A stretch of 63,150 bases of DNA, filler included, from Phoronis australis (GCA_002633005.1; 4 parts of 4 records of this genome joined end to end with filler, not necessarily neighbours in it), one strand, 5' to 3'; positions 12,950-25,309 are shown, counted from the whole stretch's first letter. The notes: generated by a model from the sequence alone, not told the origin. Numbers and translations are program-made.

Positions 12950-15900
12950 ACTCCGGGGATTTTAGTTTCATAGTATTGACCCTTGCGGTACAGACGCGAA
13001 ATTCACGGTCCAGTATGCCCTAAACCCACGGACGTCGATGGCTCTAACTTCGAAATCATACTATGGTTACGATTTCCACGAACTTAGACGGTGACATCAA
13101 ACACGGAATGACCACTGTTGAGGCTACAGCCTGCGCATTCCGGTTTCATTTATTGGTGACGTTAAAATCTGGGCTAGTTACATGTACACGTACATATGTA
13201 TAGTTGGCCCCTAAGGCAGTTGGTCGTTCACATTGTTCCAAAAAAATATATTTCCTGTCAACAACATATTGACAAATTATGTAAACTAAAACAATTGTTA
13301 ACGGGAAGATGTGAATACGTGGTGAAGAGGTATTTGTCTCTACGCGGCATATATGGGCGAATCTTTGGTAAAGTGATTGCGATGTCGAAAAAAATGATAG
13401 AAAATACATCGAGTTGCACTTTTGAGAAGCAAAGCGTCTGGTGATATTCATAGCGTATGAGGACCTGGCCACCTTACGTAGTATAAGTGACGCTGAATGA
13501 GAAGTGGCAACTACATGTTTGGCGCGAAAATAAAAAAANNNNNNNNNNNNNNNNNNNNNNNNNNNNNNNNNNNNNNNNNNNNNNNNNNNNNNNNNNNNNN
13601 NNNNNNNNNNNNNNNNNNNNNNNNNNNNNNNNNNNNNNNNNNNNNNNNNNNNNNNNNNNNNNNNNNNNNNNNNNNNNNNNNNNNNNNNNNNNNNNNNNNN
13701 NNNNNNNNNNNNNNNNNNNNNNNNNNNNNNNNNNNNNNNNNNNNNNNNNNNNNNNNNNNNNNNNNNNNNNNNNNNNNNNNNNNNNNNNNNNNNNNNNNNN
13801 NNNNNNNNNNNNNNNNNNNNNNNNNNNNNNNNNCACCCCCCCCCCCCCCTCTCCAAGTTTTGCTCATTCAAATGAGTCACCACTCGAGATTTGGTTCCGT
13901 TTCAGTCCTAAAATTGCAGAATAATTCTTCTGTGCTCTCCTGTAAGAAGAAATACAGTTTTTTTGAAACTGTGCTCAATCTTAAAAAAAAATTCCAGCAT
14001 GAGAGCGCTTTATCAGAAATGCCAAGGACACGCAGCGTCTATTGTAAAATGTGGATTTGACGAAAGAAATTCAACAGCATTTTCAAGATAATATGTCGAT
14101 ATGTCGTCGGCGAGACGTTGAACACTTAGCCCTTATTTATACGTGTAGTACGGACATTATCACTTTGAAGGATCAATGCTTGGGAATGGTGACGTGGTGC
14201 CCTGGCGTGATAAGTTACTGACATGGTAAGTTTTTGTACCTGACTTATTAAATTTTCAGTTCGGTCGTATTTTATTTTGATCCTGAAGTGAAGAATTTTT
14301 GGTCCTCACGTGATAAATTATGGGTGCTGATGTGATAAATTTTCAGTCTTGACGTGGTGAATATTGGTCTTGATTTGTTTTTTGGTCTCCTGTGTGAAAA
14401 CAATCTCAATGTATTGGATTGTTTTAATTCTTCCTTAAGTAAAAGTTCTGGTTTTGAGATATTTATTTTGATCCTGGAGAGTTAACATGTTTTGCTTGGT
14501 TTTAATCTTGCATAGAAAATATATGTCGTTAAATGTTTCCACTTAGGCCTTCCATAAATGTGAGAGAGCAGGTTGTGTAGCATCGTACTATGTAACTTCT
14601 TATATAAATCTAGGTGTTCGTGACTTAGTAATACTATGAAAATTGAGTAGTAACGACTATGAACAATGAGTAGTTGTGGCTTCTTTTGATATATTGTATC
14701 CTTTGTATATGCCTGGTGTAGATGGCTCAGTGTGATATTATGTAAGCCTTACTATCCTCTATGGCTTAACAACTATGTATCTTCATTCATGCCTGTAATA
14801 GGGGTACTCCTAAGATCATCAAGCATGTGTATGTTTCATTCTAATGAGGTGTGCTTCGAATGTACAATTAGTAATCACACTTTTGCAGTCTTGGTTCATA
14901 ACAAACGGGTTCATTAAACCCAGTAAATATTGTTGCAACTGCCGATCTGCATATCAGGCATGCATATTGCATCATACCTCATCAGAGTGAAACTTGTTAT
15001 CAATCATAGTAGAAACAATTATTTTTATCATTGCCACAAGACGTTAACAAACGCAGTCAGTGTCTGTAACTGTTGTGTCTACATTTCTTATGAATAAACG
15101 TAGGTCTAAATCCATTTTATAACCCTGATTCATGCCAGAGGTTTGAAATTGCGCCCCCTTAAGAGTTTTGACTTGCCCTCGTGATCATTAGAATCGATGC
15201 AGTAAACTTATATAAGTTGTTTTTAAACCTGTGTAATAGAATTGAAAATTGTGTACGTCTTCGTTTGCGAGAGTGTTCTTTTTGAATCACTGGGTTAATT
15301 ATTTTTACGCTCTACATGAAAACACAGACCACTTTCTTTAGGATTACATGTACCAGGTTACCCCAAAAATATTATTTTTAAAGTTTTACCCCTTGGAGTA
15401 TACGAGAAACGCCAAATGGTGTGTTCTAACGCCAAATTGCTCGGAAGGCTCTAGCCTTTGTGCGAAGCTGTTTACTAAATTGAATATACAAATTTGCGCC
15501 GTTGTGGGTAAAAACCGACAGAATAAAATCTTCCTAGAGTAATCTAAATTATTTACCAGCGTTGCAAAAATTGGTTTTCTACAATTATTCTGCTGCTAAA
15601 GTTATGGCGTGATCTTTTGCGTCGACTTTCGACGCAATGAAATATTGCGTCACCTGTTTGCCACTTTCTTTTTCCCAGATTCTTCAATCAAACGTTCTCC
15701 CTCGATGTTGCGTAAACGTAACAAAAAATGATCAGAATTGGTTTCACTTCATTATATGTTTTTGGAATTTTGATATCAGTAAACCGAATTTTTTAACAAA
15801 TTTTGCTGAGATGTTGTCATCATCGAATGGGAGATGTTGAAAACATTTTTGGAAGTGACGCGTGTCACGAATGATTTCTTTTCAAAACGGCGACATACGT

Positions 15901-16120
15901 TTTTTCGTTACAAAAGCCAGAGAATTACGCAAGATGACGTCGAATGTTTTTCGCTTAAACGGGCGTAACGGGCAAGTTGATAGTCAATTGACTTCCAGAT
16001 TTTGCATGCACACCCGGCGGTCTTTAGCTCATGTTAATATAAGGTTCAGGACGAGGTGACGAGCGTAACTATCCGGGCTGTGTGAAATTTCGAGATCTGT
16101 TTGAGCTCAATACACAGTGG
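12950..16120 (-). pseudogene. Decayed gene copy B, tentatively Mab-21/cGAS-like receptor
   Basis: Duplicate of copy A (FNISHSMMTTSQQ at about 15845-15805; SPRIHIFPLTIVLVYIICQYVVD at about 13325-13255). Lacks the equivalent of 9240-9890. Confidence 0.33.
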
Positions 16121-16727
16121 CACCTTGCTGTATTTTGATAATAGCTTTTATACAGCTAGCTGGCTAGATAGGAATGATCTAGCTGCGAAAGTGACAACAA
16201 TTTCAGAATGATGATGGATGACACTATAAATCGATCACAGTTTTCCGTTTTCATGCGCCCTTGATCTTAATATCGGCGCTATGTTCAAACCATTGTTTAT
16301 ATTGTTCCTAAAATAAAATTGGGTTCTATTGCTGTACCAACATATTAAGAAATTATACAGAAATAAACAATAATTATCTGTGGTAAAGCGCAATATACAG
16401 CGTGATGAAGTGATGATCAAGAGCAATAACAGATGAGCGCAAATGCGCGCTTTTTGTTGAGCAATGCGCGGCATGAAAACACTTGAGGTCGTAAAACATC
16501 CAGCGTTGTATTCTGATTTTTATGCAATTTTACGGTAAAATTTCAAATTTTGTGCTTGTTTTTATTCATAATGTACTGAATAAAAGTTTGATATGTAAAG
16601 TTAGAAATTATGCTTCCGCGAGATCACTTAACGTTTGATTTTACTACGCCGTCATTAATTCAACATAAAGTTTTAGGCTGGTGTAATGTCACGCACTTCG
16701 TAGGTTGGTTCGATTTTACCTCCTTTC

Positions 16728-16847
16728 TGAAACACTTTGTGTTTTAAGTTAAGACAAAGAACGTCGTGGTTGACTCTCTATTCGTTTGCAATGATAATAA
16801 CTACATTACATGTCCGTAATACTAGACTTAGGTACGCGTATACAACA
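16728..16847 (-). repeat. 3' LTR (120 bp)
   Basis: Direct repeat of 22084-22204, differing by 2 substitutions and 2 small indels. Confidence 0.93.
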
Positions 16848-16987
16848 TCTCCCTTCGTTAAAAAAAGTTTAAGTACAATATAAGTTACAGTCCAGTAAGT
16901 TGTCCATCATAAAGTCACTACAATAACACTAAAGTCTGACTTGTAAACACGTTAACTGACTATATGTGGGTATATATATAGTGTCCT

Positions 16988-19221
16988 TCACAGGTCGTGA
17001 AATCTCGCCGGGGGCTTTACAGCTCGTCCCGATCTGGTGTGGTAGAGACCATCGTCCGTAGTGGTTGACGTTCCTTCGGGCACAACCGGTTGTATGGCTT
17101 CTTCCACGGATGGGGTGTAGTCATCGGGAGGCTGTGGCTCTTCTTTCGTAGAACGAATGTGTCGACGGTTTCGCCGAAATTCAACGCCAGTAGATTTGTG
17201 AACAATGTACGAGCAAGGTGCTTGTTCGCACTTCTTAACGACTGTCGCAAGTTCCCATTTCTTAGAGATGGGGTTTTGCACTCTGACGTGTTGGTTGTCA
17301 CTAAGTTCTGTAAGTGGTCTTGCATGTTGGTTGTAATATTCAACTTGCTTTGTGGACTTTGCAGGATATGGCAGTTCCTTTTCTTTGTTGTTGACTACGG
17401 GTAGGTTTGAACGAACCTTACGGTTGAACATGTATTCGGCTGGAGAAGGTAATCCAGAGGCAATGGGCGTAGTGCGTAGACATAGCAGCGCCATCTGTGG
17501 ATCATCTCCAGTTTCTAACGACTTTTGGAGACATCTCTTCACTGTCCCGACGAATCTTTCTGCTTTTCCATTACCTTGTGGATAGTGCGGGCTGCTAGTC
17601 ACATGCTTGAAGTCATACTCTTCAACAAATCTTCGAAATTCATCACTGCTGTACTGTGGACCGTTATCGCTCACAAGGGAATGCGGGATACCATATTCTG
17701 ACATGACCATACGTAGTTGTTGTATGATGCTTGACGAAGTCGTAGACGAAAGCTTGCGAACAATACAGAATGAACTGTAATAGTCGACGACTAGTAAGTA
17801 TGAGTTGTTGTTCCACTGGAACAAATCAGAACCAATGATAACCCATGGCTGCTGGGCTTCAATGTGCAGAATTGGCTCTTTTTGTTGCGACGATTGGTTT
17901 CGTTGACAAGAGGCACAAGATTGCACCATGAGCTCAATGTCTGAGTTGATACGGGGCCAAAATACAGACGACTTGGCACGCAGTTTGGATTTCTCTATAC
18001 CAGGGTGTCCAAGGTGTAACTTCTCCATTACGTATGAACGTAGGATTTTGGGGATCACGACACGATCTCCTTTCACAATGATTCCATCATAAAGTGACAG
18101 TTCATCACGATATGTCCAATAATCTTGTACACAGACAGGACAAGCAGCTTTGGAATCAGGCCAACCTTGGGTGATCGCTTGCTTGAGCTGGGCTAGGACT
18201 TCGTCTTGTTCGGTTAGTTGTCGAATGTCTTGTAAGCGCGGCTTTGTTACACTGACTAGACTGTGAATGTTCACGTCCATATCTGCGATAGCAGAACCAG
18301 GAAGTGAGTTTCTAGAGAGAGCGTCAGCAACAGGAATGTTCTTTCCCGGAGTGTATGTCACCGTAAAGTCATACTGCTGTATGCGAAGTAACATACGTAA
18401 CAGTCTAGGTGGGGCGCTTGATAGTTTCTTCTTGGTGATACTCATGAGCGGTTTGTGGTCAGTTTCGATTCTCACAGGTCGCCCATACACGTAATGATGA
18501 AAGCGTTCAAGTCCAAAGACAATAGCTAGCATTTCTCTTTCAATGTTACAGTAGTTGGACTCGGTTTCAGTGAGACTCTTGCTTGCGAAAGCGACTGGAC
18601 GTTTGTTCTGGATCAACACGGTTCCAAGTCCGTATTTACTTGCATCTGTTTGCACAGTAACTGGGAGTTTCGGATCAAAGTAAGGTAAGGCTGACGTAGA
18701 GCTAATAGCTTTCTTCACTGCTTCAAATGCCTTTTCTTGGGCTGGAGACTAAACAAACTCAGACTCTTTTTTGATTATGTCTCGCAGTGGCTTGCACAAC
18801 GCAAATAAGTTGGGGATAAATCTTGCAAGGTAGTTGACCATGCCTAGGAAGGACTGCAATTGCTGTGTGTCGCGTGGCGGTTTCATGTTGACGATTGCAG
18901 AGATTTTGTCAGGGTCTGGTTCAAGACCATCTGCACCAATGTAGTTTCCACAGAACTTGATTTTCTGTTGCTTAATACGACACTTATCAGGATTGAGACA
19001 AAGTCCTTGGTCCTTTGCTCGATGAACTGCAGATATGAGATTGTTGTCGTGTTCCGCGCTGCACTGCCAAAGACAATGATATCGTCAGCTATACCAACAA
19101 CACCAGGTAATCCTTCAAAGGTAGCGTCGATCTTCCATTGGAAGGCATCTTGGCTTGAAACGAGGCCAAATGGTAGACGGAGAAAGGAATACCTTCCCTG
19201 TGGCGTGTTGAACGTACACAA
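16988..19221 (-). pseudogene. pol: Gypsy pol 3' part: RT C-terminus, RNase H, integrase
   Basis: ADDIIVFG (RT); TDASKYGLG, NYCNIEREMLA and ETDHKPL (RNase H); LHLGHPG..CASC (zinc finger); SDLFQ, LVVDYYS, VSDNGPQ and GNGKAER (integrase). 16988-18718 is open; upstream there is a stop near 18750 and a frameshift near 19055. Confidence 0.92.
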
Positions 19222-20147
19222 CAGTGGCAGATCTAGGATATCACAAGGGGGGCCCAACATCTTGTCCGGCTGTAAGCATTTGCGCAAACCACGATTGTAG
19301 ATGCGCATAGCACCGAATGGGGGGAGGTCGGAAGGGGGGCAAACCCCCCTCCCGCTCAGGAATTTTTTCTGTTTTTTCCTCTAAAAATCAAGCATTTTCC
19401 TTGATTTCTGATGTATTATCCAAGAACAAAAGGAAAAAAAAAACAGGAAAAATTGCGACTTTCACAGGCTCGAAGTCAGGACCTGGCTGACAGGACGCGC
19501 GTGCTTAGCCACTACCCCACTGCGATTTCACTAATAAATCTTTACTAAGAGACCTCCTTGTTTATGGTCCACAGCGTTTGCGCGCGAAACCTACTTCTTT
19601 TTGGTATGCTTATTTCACGTTTTATATTTTGTGCAATCGGTTCTTAACAAATTTATTGTATTTAAAATAGTCTTCAAATGCCCAAAAGACTAATTCCGTT
19701 TTTCGTGTTGGCAATTATGACGGGATTGCTTTGGAAATCGTCTTAAGTTAAGGTTTGACAAAGTTTCTGAGTGATTCACTAAGGCTTCGATTACAATTCA
19801 CATCTTACCAGCAGCTTCTGTTTTTAATCGTCACTCAGGTTCCATTTTCTTTAAAAAATGAAGTAAATTTTCTCCATTGCACAGGGGAGCAGACGACGGA
19901 AACGGAGTCGTGGTGCGCAGCGCCACTGCCGGTCGCCTGGGATATCGCGGGAGAGCTTTTTCTTAGCCATAGTTCCGTTTCGAATGCGCCTTGTTCCGAA
20001 TTTGACACATGAAATTGGATCTGAGCCCCCACCCCCCCAAACATTAAAACTACACACATTTAAATATTTTTTCATCCGTATAATTTTAATTACCTGGGCA
20101 AATTAATAAACTTAACGTTTCCCTACGCTCTTGCTGTTTTATTTTTT
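19222..20147. mobile_element. Non-autonomous DNA-transposon-like repeat inserted in gypsy RT (second copy 36570-37382)
   Basis: Begins CAGTGGCAGATCTAGG plus a G-run exactly where the RT sequence breaks. 19413-20147 aligns with 36570-37332. The other copy ends in a C-run plus CTAAATCCACCTATG, roughly complementary to this start. Confidence 0.8.
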
Positions 20148-20148
20148 N

Positions 20149-22058
20149 AAGTCCTTGGTCCTTTGCTCGATGAACTGCAGATATGAGATTGTTGTCGTGT
20201 TCCTCAGCTGTTCTGCCAAAGACAATGATATCGTCAGCGATACCAACAACACCAGGTAACCCTTCAAAGGTAGCGTCGATCTTCCGTTGGAAGACATCTT
20301 GGCTTGAAACGAGGCCAAATGGTAGACGGAGAAAGGAATACCTTCCCTGTGGTGTGTTGAACGTACACAATGCTTGTGATTCTTTGTCCAACTTCACGTT
20401 CCAATAACCAGATTTCGCATCTAAAATGCTGAAGTATTTCGCACCATGGAACATGGGGAGTATGTCGTCGAGTGTTTTTGTGTTATAGTGTTCTCGCTTT
20501 ACCCACTTATTTAACTCACGTGGATCGAGACACACTCGGAGGTCACCATTGGGTTTGTGAACATACACTAGACTGTGAACCCAATCAGTTGGTTCCTCGA
20601 CGGGTTTGATGATTTCGAGATCAACCATTCTCTTTAATTCCTTCTGCAGAGGTTCCTTTAGGCTTTCAGGGACTCGACGCGGTGGGTTGACCGTAGGTTC
20701 GGCATCCGGCCTAAGAGTTATGTGATATTCACCAGGGAATAGACCGATACCATCGAATACTTCGTGGTATGTGTTGAGAAGCAAGGTTTTCGCTTCACTG
20801 GGATTGTCTGGGAGTTTTGATAGCTTTTTGCGGTCATTCCCTTGTGTGGTCTTGCCGATTTCATGGAGACTGTTTTGGGTATGCAGCGTTAGCAACCCAA
20901 GCTCAACACTCGTAACTAAACTAACGAGTGTCGGACCTATGACGTCAGTAATGTAGAACTTTGTGTTCAGAGTATTGTCACTGAAACTTGCTTGCAGTTC
21001 CAGGGCGCCGAAGTTCTTAATCGGAGTTCCACCAGAAGCGGATAGATCAACGTTGGGGGCAGGGGACAAGTTCGTTGGTAGTCCATTCTGATCATGAACC
21101 ATAACGTTGCGCTTTTGTGCAGTCTGCATCTTGATGTGGACAAATGCCTCAGTTTTATTGTGATTTTCGATAGTGTCCAGTGTGTACACTTCGACTCCTT
21201 GATCAATATTGTATACCTTGCTTGTACGTTGGGGAGGTTTGTGCAAGATTTGATTTTGTTTACGGGAGGCATAGTTAGTGTGTTTGTTTCTCTGTTTGCG
21301 TTTTAAACAGACATTGGCAAAATGTCCCGTCATTTTGCAAAAATTACAGACCAGTCCATACGCGGGGCATGCTTCTTCCTCACGAGCATGATTGCCACCA
21401 CAGTTAAAGCAGGAGGTTTGTCTCGCCTTTTCTTTTACAGCAGGTTTCTTTTTTTGGACAAACTGTTTAGGTCGCGCACCGGTAACAATGAGAACATCAT
21501 TACTGTTGGGTGTTTGACTATTTTGAATGTCCTGCATGTGCACCACTGCAGTCTCATGGGCACGTATCATACCTAATGCGCTATCTAACGTGAGGTCTTC
21601 TTTGGCAATAATTTTTTTTTTGAACGTTTTCGTGCCTTACACCTGCTATAATGGTATCTAGAAGCTGTTCGTTTGTATCCGCATAGTTGCACTCGGATGC
21701 AACGATTTTTGCAAGCGTTAAAAACGCGTCAGTCTCACCCTCCGTTTGTTTGAGAGCGCATAACCTGAATCGGGCCACTCGGAAGTTGGTTTTGGGCTTA
21801 CAGTATTTTTCAAAGTTGTCATAATGCACTGTCAGGCTTTCCAAGTCGTCGCCAGTTAGTTCCCAGCCATTGCGGATATCACGGCCTTCCTCGCCGACCC
21901 TTAAAAGTAGGTAGTTAACCTTCACACTGTCAGTTTTTTTCCGCTAGGGGTCCGTTGAAAATAAGTTCACACGTTTGTTTGAACTTTCTAAAACGATCTG
22001 GCAGGTTTTGCGCCTTCCAATCGATTGTAGGAATGGGTACACCTGTTAAGTCACTCAT
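20149..22058 (-). pseudogene. gag-pol: Gypsy gag and pol 5' part (Gag, Cys/His knuckles, degraded protease, RT)
   Basis: ATG at 22058 gives MSDLTGVPIPTIDWKAQNL; then CFNCGGNH..CPAYGLVCNFCKMTGHFANVC, KPNGDLRVCLDPRELN, LDAKSGYW and RLPFGL. Frameshifts near 21935 and 21600. No DTG protease motif visible. Confidence 0.9.
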
Positions 22059-22083
22059 GTCGGGGTTCGTTTACCGGACACCA

Positions 22084-22204
22084 TGAAACACTGTGTTTTA
22101 AGTTAAGACAAAGAACGTCGTGATTGACTCTCTATTCGTGTGCAATGATAATAACTACATTACATGTGGTCCGTAATACTAGACTTAGGTACGCGTATAC
22201 AACA
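22084..22204 (-). repeat. 5' LTR (121 bp)
   Basis: Direct repeat of 16728-16847, followed on the - strand by TGGTGTCCGGTAAACG. Confidence 0.93.
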
Positions 22205-22399
22205 CTTTCAATAGATGAACAAAAGTTGATAAACCGATGTCAAGAACGGAGTTGCCACTGGTGAACGAACACCAAACACTTAAGTACAATTAACTAACAG
22301 CATCATCACTGGATAACAGCATATGCTGGTTAATAATTATATTTAATTGATCTTATATGGTCTCAATCACCAAGACTGAGGCGGCAACAACGCATGGTC

Positions 22400-23052
22400 G
22401 CTCCGCTTTAACTATGGTGGCATAACATATAGACTCCATGACAGAACCATACAACCCATGACTCAATGACAGGACCAAGAAAATCAACCCTTTGGTGAAG
22501 GCGTAACACTGCGAACCCCTGCATTTCCCGACTGATGCCGTAGGGCTCCCAGTGTTTTCCGCTATTTTTGTCCCGTGTAACACTTTCCAATATGCCGTTT
22601 CATGTATCTGAATGGTGCGCGACGGTCTATGTGATGTCTACGGTTCTCACTGTGAGGAGGACGTCTGACGATGATTTTCCGACGACTTCGACTACTGTGG
22701 CGCCTCTTACTGTAGTAGGAGTTTCGTTTTGCGCTCATGGCTGTACTTCCTAAATCCTCTTTAAAACCTTTCCTAAATTTGACAAGTGTATTCACATGAA
22801 GTTGACAGTGAACGAAGACGACTTTCGGACGAATCTGACTAGCGGCAATTTTATTTTTTAAGTTTACCTCTGTATCTTCAAAGGTCCTCAACGGATAGTC
22901 ATAAAATTTGGAATGTAGGCATCTATTGGTGAGATGATAATATCCTTGCGTTTTCGAACGGATTGGAAGTGATTGCGCCACATAATGGCCACTTTTGCTC
23001 TTTTCAAGTCTGTTTTTGGCGTCGGCCCGTCTATCAACCAAATCATTCGATC
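22400..23052 (-). pseudogene. Probable 3' part of decayed gene copy C (cGLR-like C-terminus, tentative)
   Basis: Open frame ..QIRPKVVFVHCQL.. followed about 285 nt later by WEPYGISREMQG (22551-22516). Copy B shows similar spacing between HIFP (about 13305) and WV*GI (about 13025). Confidence 0.3.
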
Positions 23053-23056
23053 TTAA

Positions 23057-24383
23057 AGGCGAAGGCAACCTTTTTGCATGTCTCTTTTAGCAAAAATAAG
23101 GTTCGTTGATTATCCCTGACTCATTTTTCAGTTAATTACAGCTTTTCGTAATTTGTTTAATTTCTCGTCCTCTACTCCGGAAGTGACGGTTTGGGAGGCA
23201 AGAGTTTCTCGCCAATTTCTTTTCATTATGGTCTGACTCTGAGAGCTGTAGAGTCAGCCATTGTTCTACCTCGGTTGTGGTAATTTCGGTCGTCGTTTGC
23301 TTTTGTTTACAAGTCAGTCAACATGCCACGCTGTTGCTGCCTGCCGTATTATCGTCTCACACGCGCTTTGGGTACCTTGCGTCGCTTTCCGAAGGATGAC
23401 ACACTTCGCCGTACTTGGCTAGCTCGTTATGTGAAGAACGCAGTGCTACCCGTCCACGCAACGTACAAAGCAGTGGAGGGTTACCGAGTGTGTGGCAAGC
23501 ATTTTCTGCAGTCAGATTATGACAGAGATATGTACGCTGAATTGATGAAGGTCCCTGCAAAACAACGCCTGAAGAAGGGTACCATACCGTCGCTGTTGAT
23601 TTCCGGCAGTGTCTCGTCGCCAACCCCGAGAAAAGTGTTGTTGAAGCGAGAAGCCTCGCGAGCTGTGGCCACTATATACAGTGACTGAAGGCGCTTCATT
23701 TACTGTCACCCGTGCCTCTGAACGTACCCCATTGCGTGCAATTCCGGGAACTAGCAGTGATTCGCCTTGTGTTGTTGTCTCTAGCCCCGGCAGAGCCTGT
23801 ATAAGCAGCCCTGCAGCGATGTTGAGTAGTGGGGGTGAATACAGGCCCAGTTCGACACCCAGTGAAGAGGACAGTTCGTCATCCAATGAACAGATCGGTG
23901 AGCCTAAGTTTGATAAGTTTATTGTGGACTTGTATTGGAGCTATTTGGAAGGTGCCAGGTGTGTGACGAGGGAGTCACACGGCGGGATGTAAGCAGTTTG
24001 GGTGCTCAGATCACCCTCCAGTGGGAGTGTTTCGCGGGACACTCGGGCAAGTGGGACAGTTCTTCCTCTGTACGTGAAACGAGAATGAGTACACCCCAGT
24101 ACGCAGCAACAGCGTGGCATGTTGACTGACTCTTAAGCAAAAGCAAACGACGACCGAACTTATCACAACCGAGGTAAAACAATGACTGACTCGACTGCTC
24201 TCACAGTCAGACTATATGAAAAGAAATGGCGCGAAAATCTTGCCTCCCAAAACGTCACTTCCGGAGAAGACGACGAGTTATTAATTAAATTACGAAAGGC
24301 AGTAAATAAGTGAAAAATATGTCTGGGATAATCAATGAACCTTATTTTTGCTAAAGATGACATGAAAAAGGTTGCCTTCGCCT
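23057..24383. mobile_element. Kolobok-type element with about 285-bp inverted repeats (two left ends)
   Basis: TTAA on both sides (23053-23056, 24384-24387). Termini AGGCGAAGGCAACC and GGTTGCCTTCGCCT. Arms 23057-23340 and 24103-24383 both run into ATGCCACGCTGTTGCTGC. Confidence 0.85.
23323..24065 (+). pseudogene. THAP domain plus truncated Kolobok-like transposase N-terminus
   Basis: MPRCC..FPKD..W..RVCGKHFLQSDY..LKKGTIPSL (THAP, ORF 23323-23688). After a stop and frameshift: KFIV..LELFGRCQVC..GAQITLQWECFAGHSGKWDS. Confidence 0.8.
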
Positions 24384-24424
24384 TTAAGAATGATTTTGAG
24401 AATTGGCGTATGTATATATATACA

Positions 24425-24425
24425 T

Positions 24426-24472
<47 letters not shown>
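24425..24472. repeat. (TG)n microsatellite running into a gap
   Basis: Direct reading. Confidence 0.95.
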
Positions 24473-24572
24473 NNNNNNNNNNNNNNNNNNNNNNNNNNNN
24501 NNNNNNNNNNNNNNNNTTAATTAATTAANNNNNNNNNNNNNNNNNNNNNNNNNNNNNNNNNNNNNNNNNNNN

Positions 24573-25309
24573 ATTAACTTGGGATACTTACCTTAAAAAG
24601 GGGTCTGCAACCACTTGAACGTTTATGGCATGGAAGCCTTTTCTGCAAACAAATGTTTGCTCATCATGCTGTGGTGCTCTAATCGCTACTAGTGACCCAT
24701 CTACGCATTCCACAACACGGGGAAAGCCAGCGACTTGATGGAATTGCCGCTGGTACAGATCGATGTTGTCGATCAAGTTGGGGAGCGACAAGTCGGGTGA
24801 ATTGTTGACGGCATTTGTTACTTTTGTGATCGTTCTTGAAGCGGTCGACTTAGTCACCCGTTGGCTATCACCTACGACCGTTTGAAAGCTTCCAGTGGCG
24901 TAGAACCGCAACGCAACTGAGACTTGCTGCTCAGTTGTAAGTGAATATCCTCTGCGAGTTTCTGGCTCGGGGTCGTCTTTTAAAAAAGAGCACAATAAGT
25001 CAACTGCATCCTTGTTCATCCGGTACCGGTCAACATACGAGTCGTATTGAAGACGCTCTCGATAAACTCTGCCTAGGTTTTAATTTCTTCGCTGACGAAT
25101 GTGGAATACGGCCATTTTGACAAACTTAAGATCGAGTTAAGACAAGGTGAGAGTTGACTTAAAGTTAAGACAAAAACTTAAGTCAGTCTTAGCTAAGATT
25201 GTTTCTTGGAACGCAAAATAATCTTAGGATTTGTCTTAAGTCAAAAACTTAAGAAAAGTCTTAAACTTAATTCACAAATGAACTTAAGTCAGTTTCTTGG
25301 AACGGGCCC
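24573..25309 (-). mobile_element. PIF/Harbinger transposon 5' part with HARBI1-like transposase exon 1 (25115-24592, one in-frame stop)
   Basis: ALRFYATGSFQ..GD, GFPRVVECVDGS and FVCRKGFHAINVQ. GTAAG donor at 24591. Terminus GGGCCCGTTCCAAGAAAC at 25309 and subterminal CTTAAG repeats at 25125-25290. The rest is lost at the gap. Confidence 0.9.

Larger units (their letters stand above)
16728..22204 (-). mobile_element. Full-length defective Ty3/gypsy LTR retrotransposon (Mag-like)
   Basis: TG...CA LTRs at both ends. 5-bp TSD CTTTC at 16723-16727 and 22205-22209. PBS-like TGGTGTCCGG abuts the 5' LTR and a purine tract AACGAAGGGAGA abuts the 3' LTR. Domain order gag, RT, RNase H, integrase. Confidence 0.95.
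12610..22270. repeat. Tandem segmental duplication, unit B (interrupted by the gypsy element)
   Basis: See unit A. Homology resumes at 22210, directly after the gypsy TSD. Confidence 0.85.

Noticed and set aside
17017-18494. Overlapping and antisense ORFs within gypsy pol
   Set aside because: Shadow frames of the pol coding sequence with no independent features.
19463-19523. Functional tRNA gene
   Set aside because: Only degenerate A/B boxes; no convincing cloverleaf, and it lies within a repeat.
24473-24572. TTAATTAATTAA inside N runs (also 53305-53316 and 59813-59824) as a biological motif
   Set aside because: An identical 12-mer centred in three 100-bp gaps with stops in all six frames; this is an assembly linker.
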